A stretch of DNA of 64,000 bases from Lentimicrobiaceae bacterium (GTDB taxonomy: Bacteria > Bacteroidota > Bacteroidia > Bacteroidales > P3), in contig JAFLTI010000004.1 in assembly GCA_022510485.1 (NCBI GenBank), positions 23,011 to 87,010 of the forward strand. The letters run 5' to 3'. How positions within the stretch are numbered: position 1 is the stretch's first letter; each line of letters opens with the position of its first letter. The notes under the pieces are model-generated. The model searched no databases and was not told the DNA's origin. It saw only the letters and a program-made list of their open reading frames with translations. This document shows, piece by piece, positions 55,391-64,000 of this stretch. Made by a program: the position numbers and the translations under genes.

Positions 55391-56571
55391 TCGCCCAATT
55401 TTCCGTCGGGCAGTTCTGCAAGGGACTTGATGGAAACCCCGGTATAGTAATGCTCTATGGCTTCCCGAACCGAGTATCCCAAATCGATCATCTTTACCAC
55501 ACCTTCTTGGCTGAGCCCTACGCCATGCCCATAGCCCCGACCCGAAAGGATTACATCGTTTCCTTTGGTGTCTACAGAGAAGAAAGTTGACCGCAACTGC
55601 ATATCGCGACGGATATTCTTGAGCGGGATTCCACCCGCAAAGTTTACTTTTCGTTCCGGTTGTTGAAAATGCAAGGCACTGTCTTTCATCACCGCGTCAT
55701 GAATGTCGTAATTGTAGTGCTTGTTGAGAAACGACAGCCATTCGGACTTGGGCATCACTTTTTCCCAAACGGAGTTTTTCATATTGAGGGAGAAGGTGTC
55801 GGGAACCGAGCGCAGATAGCTTACCGGAGCGTTCCATACGTCTTCCGAATTGGCGGTCTGACCTCCCGAATTGGAGTAGAAAGAGGCGGTAATGAGGTTG
55901 TCTTTGCCGTCTACGATAACCTCTCCGGCACTCTGCACGGTGGCGGTAAGGATAATGGGGGTGTTGTTGCGGCATTTGTAAACCTGACAATGCACATCGT
56001 CGCAGAGGTCAAAACCTTCGTCGTTGTGGCGGCGCAGGTTGCCCATCGCATAGGTACGCGAAATAATGGCCTGTACCTTAAAAAAGTCGGTCTGTTCGCT
56101 GATTCCGCGCACTTCCGACTGCACAACCCCTGCCACATAGTTTTCTAAATCCACATGATTTATAAAAAACAGCTTGGTCTTATCCACGCTTACATCCACA
56201 TGGTCGTCGTAGAAATATTTTTGCGCGTTTTCTTTGCCACATTCCTGCAAACTGAAAATGGCTTTGAGTCCTTTACCCTCAAAAATGAGGTTGTAGAAAA
56301 TTCCAACCAATTCAGTTCCTTTGTGAAGCTCTATCTGTCCGTCTTTAATCGAAATCTGCAAAGATTCTCCGGAAGCGAGTTCCATAATGGCTTTGTGGTC
56401 GCCGTCATACACGCGGTATTGCCCCAATTCTGCCGTAAAACAGGCACGCGGATAGGCTTTGTCGGATAAAATCCGTACCGACAGGTCGGTTGCAAAACCG
56501 CTTGCGGGCAGAAGCAACAACAGCCAAAGCCCTATTCCCAAACCGATGTGTTTTTTGTTCAAGTTTTTCAT
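55387..56571 (-). CDS. SpoIID/LytB domain-containing protein
   Basis: YVAGVVQSEV, FYSNSGGQTANSEDVW and GYGHGVGLSQEG motifs, with a signal peptide. Confidence 0.85.
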   Translation of the reverse strand: MKNLNKKHIGLGIGLWLLLLLPASGFATDLSVRILSDKAYPRACFTAELGQYRVYDGDHKAIMELASGESLQISIKDGQIELHKGTELVGIFYNLIFEGKGLKAIFSLQECGKENAQKYFYDDHVDVSVDKTKLFFINHVDLENYVAGVVQSEVRGISEQTDFFKVQAIISRTYAMGNLRRHNDEGFDLCDDVHCQVYKCRNNTPIILTATVQSAGEVIVDGKDNLITASFYSNSGGQTANSEDVWNAPVSYLRSVPDTFSLNMKNSVWEKVMPKSEWLSFLNKHYNYDIHDAVMKDSALHFQQPERKVNFAGGIPLKNIRRDMQLRSTFFSVDTKGNDVILSGRGYGHGVGLSQEGVVKMIDLGYSVREAIEHYYTGVSIKSLAELPDGKLGD

Positions 56572-56583
56572 ATCCCTCTTATA

Positions 56584-57708
56584 CTATAAATCCCGAAACA
56601 TTGATTTTATCGAAGCCGCTACTTTGTCAGAAGTGCCTCCGTTTCCCATAATTTGCTGTAGATTAGTGTAGTCTTGCAGCATTTTTTTTCTTTCGGGAGT
56701 ATCGTTTACAATCTTTTCAAATTCTTGTTCAAGCCGTCCGGCGGTAAAATCGCCCTGCAGTAATTCGCATACCGTCGGGCTGTCCATAATCAGGTTTACC
56801 AAAGAGATAAAGCGCACCTGCGGATTTACTAACAGACGCCCCATAGCGTAGGTAATACCGGAGGTACGGTAGCACACTACCTGCGGAACCGAAAACAGGG
56901 CGGCTTCCAAGGTGGAGGTGCCCGATTTAATCATGCCTGCGCGGGCTATCGAAAATAAATCGTAGGTATGGTTCAAAACCAATTCTATCTGCGGATAGTT
57001 CTGTAAATGCTTCGCGTAAATTTCCGCCGGAAGGTTGGGTGTGCCTGCCACCACAAAACGGTACTGCGGCATTTTTGAAGCCACCTGCAACATAAGCGGA
57101 AAGATCCGGTTTATTTCTTGCTTGCGGCTTCCGGGCAGAATCACGGCCACCGGACGGGAATCTGCTTTCTTAAAGTTTTCGATAAAAGTTTGGTCGGGCT
57201 TGTAAGCGGCAATGGCATCTGCCAAAGGATTGCCTTCAAAAAGTGCCGTAGCCTGATATTTTTGGTAAAACTTGCGCTCAAACGGCAGCAGGGTGTAAAT
57301 CTGGTGTGTGTATTTCTTGAGTTTCTTGATGCGTTTGGTACGCCAAGCCCACACTTGGGGGGCGATATAATAAACCACCTTGTAGCCTTGCCTGTAGGCA
57401 AAGCGCATCATGCGCATATTAAAGCCCGGATAATCGATTAGGATAACCACATCGGGCGCGTATTGCCTAAGATCTTTCTTGCAAAGGCGAAAGTTGCGCA
57501 GAATCTGCCCCAAATGAGCCACCACTTCGGCAAACCCCATAAACGCCAAATCGCGGTAGTGCTTTACCAATACGGCACCTTCGGCTTGCATCAGGTTGCC
57601 GCCCCAAACGCGGAACTGCGCTTGCGGGTCTTGCTTGCGCAGGCTTTTGATGAGGTTGGCTCCGTGCAGGTCGCCGGAGGCTTCTCCCGATATGATATAA
57701 TATTTCAT
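56584..57708 (-). CDS. lpxB: Lipid-A-disaccharide synthase
   Basis: MKYYIISGEASGDLHGANLI and IDYPGFN, with the overall LpxB length and layout. Confidence 0.9.
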   Translation of the reverse strand: MKYYIISGEASGDLHGANLIKSLRKQDPQAQFRVWGGNLMQAEGAVLVKHYRDLAFMGFAEVVAHLGQILRNFRLCKKDLRQYAPDVVILIDYPGFNMRMMRFAYRQGYKVVYYIAPQVWAWRTKRIKKLKKYTHQIYTLLPFERKFYQKYQATALFEGNPLADAIAAYKPDQTFIENFKKADSRPVAVILPGSRKQEINRIFPLMLQVASKMPQYRFVVAGTPNLPAEIYAKHLQNYPQIELVLNHTYDLFSIARAGMIKSGTSTLEAALFSVPQVVCYRTSGITYAMGRLLVNPQVRFISLVNLIMDSPTVCELLQGDFTAGRLEQEFEKIVNDTPERKKMLQDYTNLQQIMGNGGTSDKVAASIKSMFRDL

Positions 57709-58391
57709 GCGATGCTGTCTTTTGATTTGGGTTTTGCCTTGGTCTGCGCTGCCTTATAGTAGGCACAGAAAGGCTGCAAGCCACATTCCTTGCATTTGGG
57801 ATTGCGTGCCAGACAGACATACCGTCCGTGCAAAAGCAGCCAATGGTGCGCCGTTCCCAACATTTGGCGAGGAATGTTTGCCACCAATTGCTTTTCGGTT
57901 TCAAGCGGAGTCTTGGCATTTTGGGTCAATCCGATACGTGCCGAAACCCTAAAGACGTGGGTGTCTACCGCCATAGCAGGTTTTTCAAAAGCCACCGCAG
58001 TCATTACGTTTGCCGTTTTGCGCCCTACGCCGGGCAGACGCATCAGGTCGTTCATCGCTTCGGGTACTTTTCCGCCGTAGTCGGCTTCTATCATTTTTGC
58101 CATTCCCAGCAGATGGGCGGCTTTGCTGTTAGGGTAAGACACCGATTTGATGTAGGAATAGATTTCCGCCTCGTCGCTGCGGCTCATGCTCTTGGTATCG
58201 GGAAAACGCTCAAAGAGCGCAGGAGTAACCATATTGACACGCTTGTCGGTGCATTGAGCCGAAAGAATTACGGCAACCAACAGCTGATAAGGATTCTTGA
58301 AATTCAGTTCGCTTTGCACGGAAGGCATATTCTCGGTGAACCATGCCAGAACGTCGGCGTACAATGCCTTTTTACTTTTAGTGCGTGCCAT
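57705..58391 (-). CDS. nth: Endonuclease III
   Basis: LVAVILSAQCTDKRVN, HhH LPGVGRKTANV, catalytic VDTHVFRV and the 4Fe-4S cluster CLARNPKCKECGLQPFC. Confidence 0.93.
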   Translation of the reverse strand: MARTKSKKALYADVLAWFTENMPSVQSELNFKNPYQLLVAVILSAQCTDKRVNMVTPALFERFPDTKSMSRSDEAEIYSYIKSVSYPNSKAAHLLGMAKMIEADYGGKVPEAMNDLMRLPGVGRKTANVMTAVAFEKPAMAVDTHVFRVSARIGLTQNAKTPLETEKQLVANIPRQMLGTAHHWLLLHGRYVCLARNPKCKECGLQPFCAYYKAAQTKAKPKSKDSIA

Positions 58392-59152
58392 TAGAAAGCT
58401 ACTGTGAATCCAAAACTCAAATTGACCATTTGAAAATGCTCGCGAAAGGTGTTCCTGAACACTTGGTCTGGAATGGTTACATTGGGAATTTCTGTGATTA
58501 CGGTACTTTTAACCCGCCTAAAATAGAAAGGTACGGCACTCATGTAATCGCAGCGCAAATCAAGATGGAATCCGCGCGTCACCAGAAATTTGAGCGCCAT
58601 GCCGGCACCATAACCGAAATTGGCATCCGAAGCCGATTTGAGCTGGTACGTGTAAGTATAGTTTTGATGCTTTGCCTGTGAACCGTAGTAGGGTGCTACC
58701 AGATGGGCATATCCTAAATAGGCGCGGAATGCCAAATGTAGTTTAGGCAGGGTTATACGGCAAGTGATTCCCGCCATCGCCATAAATTCGGACCATTTGC
58801 CTTGGCTGTTCGTTTTCCATGCAAAAGAGGGATTGTAAGTGGAAAAATTGTTGGCGGATATTTTGTTGGAGTGCCCGTTGAACATAACGAGCATTCCAAA
58901 ATGCGGTGTGGCGTAATATTGAAAGGCAAGACCGTAGTTCAAGCCTATTTGCGCTCCATTGTAATCCAAGCGGAAGTTCGGAGCCGTGCCGCTGTATGCG
59001 GAAAAGGCTTTTTTTGCAAAGCTGCCTACAGGGAAGGCGGGGCCTATGTGAAATTCAAATTCGGCACGTTTGAGGGCAGGTCCGGCAAAGGCTTCCGGCA
59101 AAAAAAATGCCGTTAGTAAAAGCACAAAGACCGTATTTCTCAAACTTTTCAT
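58391..59152 (-). CDS. Outer-membrane beta-barrel protein (small porin-like)
   Basis: Signal MKSLRNTVFVLLLTAFFLPEAFA, alternating amphipathic strands, terminal ...GFTVAF. The stop overlaps the nth ATG by 1 nt (TAATG). Confidence 0.65.
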   Translation of the reverse strand: MKSLRNTVFVLLLTAFFLPEAFAGPALKRAEFEFHIGPAFPVGSFAKKAFSAYSGTAPNFRLDYNGAQIGLNYGLAFQYYATPHFGMLVMFNGHSNKISANNFSTYNPSFAWKTNSQGKWSEFMAMAGITCRITLPKLHLAFRAYLGYAHLVAPYYGSQAKHQNYTYTYQLKSASDANFGYGAGMALKFLVTRGFHLDLRCDYMSAVPFYFRRVKSTVITEIPNVTIPDQVFRNTFREHFQMVNLSFGFTVAF

Positions 59153-59165
59153 AAAGCGTAAGTTG

Positions 59166-59924
59166 TTAGAAAGCATACGAAATGCCGACATTGATTACAA
59201 ATGCCGACATTCTTAGCGAGAGGTCCCGGGTATTGTCGGTATAACGTACCGGTTCATCCAATCCCCATCCGCCAACAGGCATAAAGGTGTAGTCTAATCC
59301 TATATGGCACAGCAGATGCCGGCGAACACGGTATTGCACTCCGATACCGCCGCCCAAATACAGGTTGCCGGTTGTGTTTCGCAATAGAATATCTTCTCTG
59401 ATGTCGCCCACGTCTTGACTGGAATAGATAGCGGCAACAGCGGGCGAGTTCATCAAGGCGTAACCGGCTTGTATACGTGCTGTAAAGTAAAGTCCGTAGA
59501 TGCCTAAGGGCAGGCGTGTTCCTATTTCGATCGCGGCACCGTAGCTTGACCATCCCGAATGTTCTATCCGGGAGGCTCCTCCCAAGTCAATCTTTTTGTA
59601 ATCGTAGCCGTACATCTGTCCGAATACAGTGGCTCCTATATAGAGTTGGTGCAAAGGATAAAAACGGTAGCCTACATTTACTCCGCCGCCAAAAGTGGCT
59701 CCTTGCGGTATAACGGAAGTACCGGCACCGTCGGGCACGAAACTGCGGGCGTTGCCCAATGGAATGGCAGGACCAGCCCAAAGACTCACTTCGTGCTTGA
59801 AATTTTCTTCTGAAGTAAATGCCTCCATACGGTAAGCCCCCTGTGCCGACAATCCGCCCAAGAGCGATACCATAATGGCCAAAACCGTACACCCCTTGCC
59901 TACAAGGCGTCTGTTAAGTTTCAT
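59166..59924 (-). CDS. Outer-membrane beta-barrel protein (small porin-like), tandem neighbour of similar type
   Basis: Signal peptide ...LLGGLSAQG, Gly/Tyr-rich strands, terminal ...GISYAF. Confidence 0.65.
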   Translation of the reverse strand: MKLNRRLVGKGCTVLAIMVSLLGGLSAQGAYRMEAFTSEENFKHEVSLWAGPAIPLGNARSFVPDGAGTSVIPQGATFGGGVNVGYRFYPLHQLYIGATVFGQMYGYDYKKIDLGGASRIEHSGWSSYGAAIEIGTRLPLGIYGLYFTARIQAGYALMNSPAVAAIYSSQDVGDIREDILLRNTTGNLYLGGGIGVQYRVRRHLLCHIGLDYTFMPVGGWGLDEPVRYTDNTRDLSLRMSAFVINVGISYAF

Positions 59925-59971
59925 TTTGCTGATTTTCTATCAGATTTTGGCAGAAACAACCCACCAAACTG

Positions 59972-59979
59972 CAAAAGTA
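59972..59979 (-). promoter_or_regulatory. -7 promoter motif TACTTTTG (minus strand) for the OMP-to-comEC gene chain
   Basis: The plus strand reads CAAAAGTA, 48 nt upstream of ATG 59924. Confidence 0.4.
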
Positions 59980-60040
59980 ACAAAATCTCAAAAAACCGGT
60001 ATGCGGATTTTATAATGTTGCCAATTAGGAAAATTAGGAC

Positions 60041-60048
60041 TAACTTTG
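60041..60048 (+). promoter_or_regulatory. -7 promoter motif TAACTTTG for serC
   Basis: Exact TAnnTTTG 28 nt upstream of ATG 60077. Confidence 0.45.
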
Positions 60049-60076
60049 CGACCAAACTTTTAAACCTTTAGTTGTT

Positions 60077-61153
60077 ATGAAAATAGCACATAATTTTAAC
60101 GCAGGACCCTGCGTATTACCGAAGCCTGCCATGCAAGCCGGTATCGAAGCTCTGAAAGATTTTGCCGGCACCGGCATGGGTGTAATCGAAGTATCGCACC
60201 GCAGCAAAGAATGGCAAAACGTTATGGACGAAACGGTTGCCTTGTGGAAAGAACTCTACAACATTCCCGAAGGCTATCACGTATTGTTCTTGGGCGGTGG
60301 TGCCAGCACGCAGTTCCTCTATGTTCCTTTTAACCTGCTCAACAAGAAAGCCGCTTATTTGGAAACCGGCGGTTGGGCATCCAAGGCAGCCAAAGAAGCC
60401 AAATATTTCGGCGAAGTTGAAATCGTGGCATCCTCTAAAGAAACCACCTACAACTACATTCCCAAAGGCTGGAAAGTTCCTACCGACGCCGACTATTTCC
60501 ACATTACCACCAACAACACGCTGTACGGTACCGAGATCAAGGAAGATTTCGATTGCCCCATTACCTTGGTTGCCGATATGTCGTCCGACTTTATGAGCCG
60601 TCCCGTTGATATCAGCAAATACGGTCTTATTTACGGTGGCGCTCAAAAGAACGTAGGTCCTGCCGGTGTTACCGTAGTAATCGTTCGCGAAGATATTTTG
60701 GGCAAGGTGGAACGCCCGCTGCCTACGATGGTAGACTACCGCACCCATATCAAAGACGGTTCGATGTTCAATACGCCTCCTGTATTCCCCATCTTCATCA
60801 TGCACGAAACCCTTAAATGGATCAAGAGCATGGGCGGCTTGAAGGTTATCGAAAAGATGAATATCGAAAAATCCGATATGCTCTACAACGAAATCGACAA
60901 CAACCCCATGTTCAAGGGTACGATTGTAGACAAAGCCGACCGTTCGAGAATGAACGTATGCTTTGTTATGGAAGACAAATACAAAGACAAAGAAGCCGAC
61001 TTCCTCGAATATGCCAAGGCTGCCGGTATGGTAGGTATCAAGGGTCACCGCTCTACGGGTGGTTTCCGCGCCTCCATCTACAACGCTTGCCCGAAAGAAA
61101 GCGTTCAGGCTTTGATTAACTGCATGCAGGAATACGCTAAGAAAAACGCTTAA
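60077..61153 (+). CDS. serC: Phosphoserine aminotransferase
   Basis: NFNAGP, SHRSKEW, GGGAS.QF and AQKNVGPAG (PLP lysine) motifs. Confidence 0.93.
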   Translation: MKIAHNFNAGPCVLPKPAMQAGIEALKDFAGTGMGVIEVSHRSKEWQNVMDETVALWKELYNIPEGYHVLFLGGGASTQFLYVPFNLLNKKAAYLETGGWASKAAKEAKYFGEVEIVASSKETTYNYIPKGWKVPTDADYFHITTNNTLYGTEIKEDFDCPITLVADMSSDFMSRPVDISKYGLIYGGAQKNVGPAGVTVVIVREDILGKVERPLPTMVDYRTHIKDGSMFNTPPVFPIFIMHETLKWIKSMGGLKVIEKMNIEKSDMLYNEIDNNPMFKGTIVDKADRSRMNVCFVMEDKYKDKEADFLEYAKAAGMVGIKGHRSTGGFRASIYNACPKESVQALINCMQEYAKKNA

Positions 61154-61173
61154 TCAATCCTGTTTGTGAAAGC

Positions 61174-61207
61174 AAGGAGGGGGCTGTAGTTTTTACGCCC
61201 CCTCTTT
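61174..61207 (+). terminator. GC-rich hairpin between serC and serA (attenuator or weak terminator)
   Basis: GAGGGGGC-TGTAGTTTTTAC-GCCCCCTC with a weak T tract. Confidence 0.4.
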
Positions 61208-61267
61208 AATATCCGAATATCAAGACAGTACAGATTGTATTATAACACGCAAAAAAAACTATAAGAT

Positions 61268-62188
61268 ATGAAAGTATTAGTTGCAACCGAAAAACCCTTT
61301 GCCAAAGCAGCGGTCGACGGCATCCGCCAGATTGTGGAATCCGCCGGCTTTGAACTCGCCCTTTTGGAAAAATACACCGATGTAAACGACTTTTACAAAG
61401 CCGTTGCCGATGCAGACGCGCTTATCGTGCGTTCCGACAAAGTAACCAAAGAAGTGGTTGAGCACGCCAAGAACCTTAAGATTGTGGTACGCGCCGGAGC
61501 CGGTTTCGATAACCTTGACTTGGCTGCCTGCACCGAACACAAGATTGTGGCGATGAACACGCCCGGTCAGAACTCCAACGCCGTTGCCGAATTGGCAGCC
61601 GGTTTGATGGTTTACATGAACCGCAACCTGTTCAATCCCGGCACAGGTTCCGAATTGAAAGGAAAGAAATTAGGCATCCACGCTTATGGAAACGTAGGTC
61701 GCAATGTGGCTCGCGTGGCTAAGGGCTTGGGTATGGATATCTATGCTTTTGACGCATTCTGCCCCAAAGACGTAATCGAAAAAGACGGTGTAAAGGCGGT
61801 AGATTCCGTAGAAGAACTCTACAGCACCTGCCACGTGGTTTCGCTGCACATTCCCGCCACGAAAGAAACTATGGAATCGATTAACTACGATTTGGTGAAC
61901 CGTATGCCTAAAGGCGCCATGTTGGTAAACACCGCCCGCAAGGAAGTGATTCACGAAGCCGATATGGTTCGTTTGCTCAACGACCGCCCCGACTTCCGTT
62001 ATGTTACCGACATCAAGCCCGGCAACCACGATGAATTGGCGGAAAAATTCCCCACCCGCTATTTCTCCACTCCCAAGAAGATGGGTGCCGAAACCGCCGA
62101 AGCCAATATCAACGCCGGTTTGGCTGCCGCCAATCAAATCGTTGACTTTATCAAGAACGGTGTAACCAAATTCCAAGTAAACAAATAG
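61268..62188 (+). CDS. serA: D-3-phosphoglycerate dehydrogenase (short form, 2-hydroxyacid dehydrogenase family)
   Basis: NAD fold GIHAYGNVGRNVA, NTARKEV, and genomic linkage to serC. Confidence 0.8.
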   Translation: MKVLVATEKPFAKAAVDGIRQIVESAGFELALLEKYTDVNDFYKAVADADALIVRSDKVTKEVVEHAKNLKIVVRAGAGFDNLDLAACTEHKIVAMNTPGQNSNAVAELAAGLMVYMNRNLFNPGTGSELKGKKLGIHAYGNVGRNVARVAKGLGMDIYAFDAFCPKDVIEKDGVKAVDSVEELYSTCHVVSLHIPATKETMESINYDLVNRMPKGAMLVNTARKEVIHEADMVRLLNDRPDFRYVTDIKPGNHDELAEKFPTRYFSTPKKMGAETAEANINAGLAAANQIVDFIKNGVTKFQVNK

Positions 62189-62216
62189 GATTCGGTTTTA
62201 CACATCTTGGATGTAT

Positions 62217-62250
62217 AAAAAAAAGCCCGTTGGTAACAACGGGCTTTTTT
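62217..62250. terminator. Bidirectional intrinsic terminator
   Basis: A8-GCCCGTTG-GTAA-CAACGGGC-T6, between the convergent serA and ompA-like genes. Confidence 0.85.
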
Positions 62251-62269
62251 CGTTAAAGGAATCTATGGT

Positions 62270-63211
62270 TTAGTTCGTTTCCAAAATCTTAAACAGTTCG
62301 TCTAAGTCGGGAGTGAGGATGATTTCGGTGCGGCGGTTCTTGGCGCGGTTTTCGGGAGTGTCGTTGCTTACCAAAGGCACGTATTCGCCACGACCGGCTG
62401 CCATAATGTTGGCAGGATTGATACCCTTGTTTTCCAGAATAATCTTAACGATGGAGGTAGCGCGCTTTACGCTCAAATCCCAGTTGTCCTTGATGTCGCC
62501 CTTGCCTTTGAGAGGCACGTCGTCGGTATGGCCTTCTACCATTACGTGAATGCTGGCATCTTTTGCCATAACGTTGGCTATTTCATAAAGGGCTTCCCTG
62601 CCTTGGGGATTCACGGTCCAACTGCCGGAGGGAAAGAGCAGCTGTTCTTCTACCGACACATACACTTTGCCGTTTTTGGTATGGATAGACAAACCTTTGT
62701 CTTGGAATCCGGTCAAGGCTTCGGTTACCTTGTCTTTAAGGGCGTTGAGCTGTTCATCCTTTTTATTGAGGATTCCCTGTAATTCAGACAGGCGTTCTGC
62801 CTGAACGGTAAGCTGTTTTGCCTGTTCGTTGAGCTGTTGTTCCTTTACGGCAAGTTCTTGAGCCAAGGCATCTTTGCCCGAAACGGTGTTCTTATATTTA
62901 TCGTCTATCTGATTGTAGTTTTTCTGCAATTCCGCCAAATCGGCTGCGGTGAGCAGGTAGTTGCGTTGCAGGGTGTCGATTTGGGTGTTGGCGGCGTTCA
63001 GATCGTTTTGCAGACGGTCGTTGAGAGCCTTGCTTTCCACCAAGTTCTCATTACATTCCTGATTGCTTTTTTCCAAACGGTTGTTCGTGGCTTCGCATTG
63101 GTTCTGTTTGTCGAGCAATTCGTTGTATTTTTTAGAAGAAACACAGGAAAAGCACAGAACGGCAAAACTTAGGACGAGCGCGGGGGCGAGGAAGTTCAAG
63201 TGGTTTTTCAT
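62270..63211 (-). CDS. OmpA-family lipoprotein with an N-terminal coiled coil
   Basis: Lipobox VLCFSC, a long heptad-like Q/N/L-rich region, and a C-terminal OmpA-like domain (VEGHTDDVP...NWDLSVKRA...NRRTEIIL). Confidence 0.85.
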   Translation of the reverse strand: MKNHLNFLAPALVLSFAVLCFSCVSSKKYNELLDKQNQCEATNNRLEKSNQECNENLVESKALNDRLQNDLNAANTQIDTLQRNYLLTAADLAELQKNYNQIDDKYKNTVSGKDALAQELAVKEQQLNEQAKQLTVQAERLSELQGILNKKDEQLNALKDKVTEALTGFQDKGLSIHTKNGKVYVSVEEQLLFPSGSWTVNPQGREALYEIANVMAKDASIHVMVEGHTDDVPLKGKGDIKDNWDLSVKRATSIVKIILENKGINPANIMAAGRGEYVPLVSNDTPENRAKNRRTEIILTPDLDELFKILETN

Positions 63212-63251
63212 AGGTAAATGATATTAGGTTGTCTTTATTTTAGAAATTATC

Positions 63252-64000
63252 TCAGAAATCGAGTTCGATACCGGCGGGGCAGTGGTCTGAGTGAACCACT
63301 TGCGGCAGGATAAAGGCATCTTTGAGATGGGGCATCAAGTTTTGGGTCAGCATCAGGTAGTCGATGCGCCAACCCAAGTTTTTGCCTCGGGAACCGGCGC
63401 GGAAACTCCACCAAGTGTATTGGTCTTTCAAGTTGGGGTGCAGTTGGCGGAAAGAATCGGCAAAGCCGGCATCTAAAAAACGGCTCATCCATTGGCGTTC
63501 TTCGGGAAGAAATCCCGAATGGGTGGCGTTGCGCACGGGGTCGTGAATGTCGATGGCTTCGTGGCAGATGTTGTAATCGCCCGCCAACACGAGGTAGGGT
63601 CTTGTTTTTTGCAGATCCGTTACGTACTGTTGAAAATCCTCCAGCCACTGCATCTTGAACGCCTGACGCTCGTCGCCCGAAGTGCCGGAGGGATGATACA
63701 CACTCACTACGCTAAGGTCTCCGAAATCGGCGCGAATAAAACGCCCCTCGTTGTCGTAGGCGGCAATCCCCATGCCGGTTTCTACCTTGTCTGGCGTTTG
63801 CCTGCAAAGCAGGGCGGTGCCGCTATAACCTTTTTTCTGCGCCGAAAAGCAATAGGTTTCGTAACCTGCCGCCGCTATTTCGAGCATAGGTATCTGGTCG
63901 GGTTGCGCCTTGGTTTCCTGTAGGCAGACCACATCCGCCCCACAGCCGGCAAGCCATTCGATAAAACCCTTGCTCGCCGCCGAGCGGATTCCGTTTACGT
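63252..64000 (-). CDS. xthA: Exodeoxyribonuclease III (EEP family); the N-terminus lies beyond the window end
   Basis: VCLQETK, GDYNICH and SDHCP motifs. The reading frame stays open upstream of the listed Met to position 64000. Confidence 0.88.
   Translation of the reverse strand, partial: VNGIRSAASKGFIEWLAGCGADVVCLQETKAQPDQIPMLEIAAAGYETYCFSAQKKGYSGTALLCRQTPDKVETGMGIAAYDNEGRFIRADFGDLSVVSVYHPSGTSGDERQAFKMQWLEDFQQYVTDLQKTRPYLVLAGDYNICHEAIDIHDPVRNATHSGFLPEERQWMSRFLDAGFADSFRQLHPNLKDQYTWWSFRAGSRGKNLGWRIDYLMLTQNLMPHLKDAFILPQVVHSDHCPAGIELDF

Overview
This 64-kb chromosomal segment looks like a Bacteroidota (Bacteroidales-type) genome. The evidence is exact TAnnTTTG -7 promoter octamers 6-50 nt upstream of many genes, no Shine-Dalgarno signals, four proteins ending in T9SS C-terminal sorting domains, and a TonB-dependent receptor with surface lipoproteins. 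I support 50 protein-coding genes (one truncated at each window edge), two tandem tRNA-Leu genes, about ten hairpin terminators and a dozen promoter motifs. Most genes are housekeeping: ldcA, rbfA, cysS, ilvE, guaA, phoH, secG, metK, pyrC, uvrD/pcrA-like, upp, panC, radA, folE, rpsO, pnp, recQ, comEC, lpxB, nth, serC, serA, xth. Five parts look non-core. (1) A four-gene block of T9SS cargo proteins at 20.2-29.8 kb: two Omp28-like CxxC paralogs, a beta-propeller-like protein and a 1420-aa FN3-rich giant, with lower G+C toward the giant gene. (2) A ~1.95-kb AT-rich islet (about 30% G+C against 55-65% flanks) wedged between the pnp terminator and the rsmI stop codon; it encodes a signal-peptide MORN/YwqK-like 531-aa protein and an 87-aa ORF. 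(3) An RsmI methyltransferase fused in frame to a NUDIX hydrolase with a perfect Nudix box. (4) A TonB-dependent receptor plus two paralogous OB-fold-like lipoproteins sandwiched between comEC and recQ. (5) A candidate SAM-II-like pseudoknot leader upstream of metK. I saw no CRISPR array, rRNA, transposase, integrase or recognisable defence-system gene. All family assignments come from motif recognition by eye and need database confirmation.
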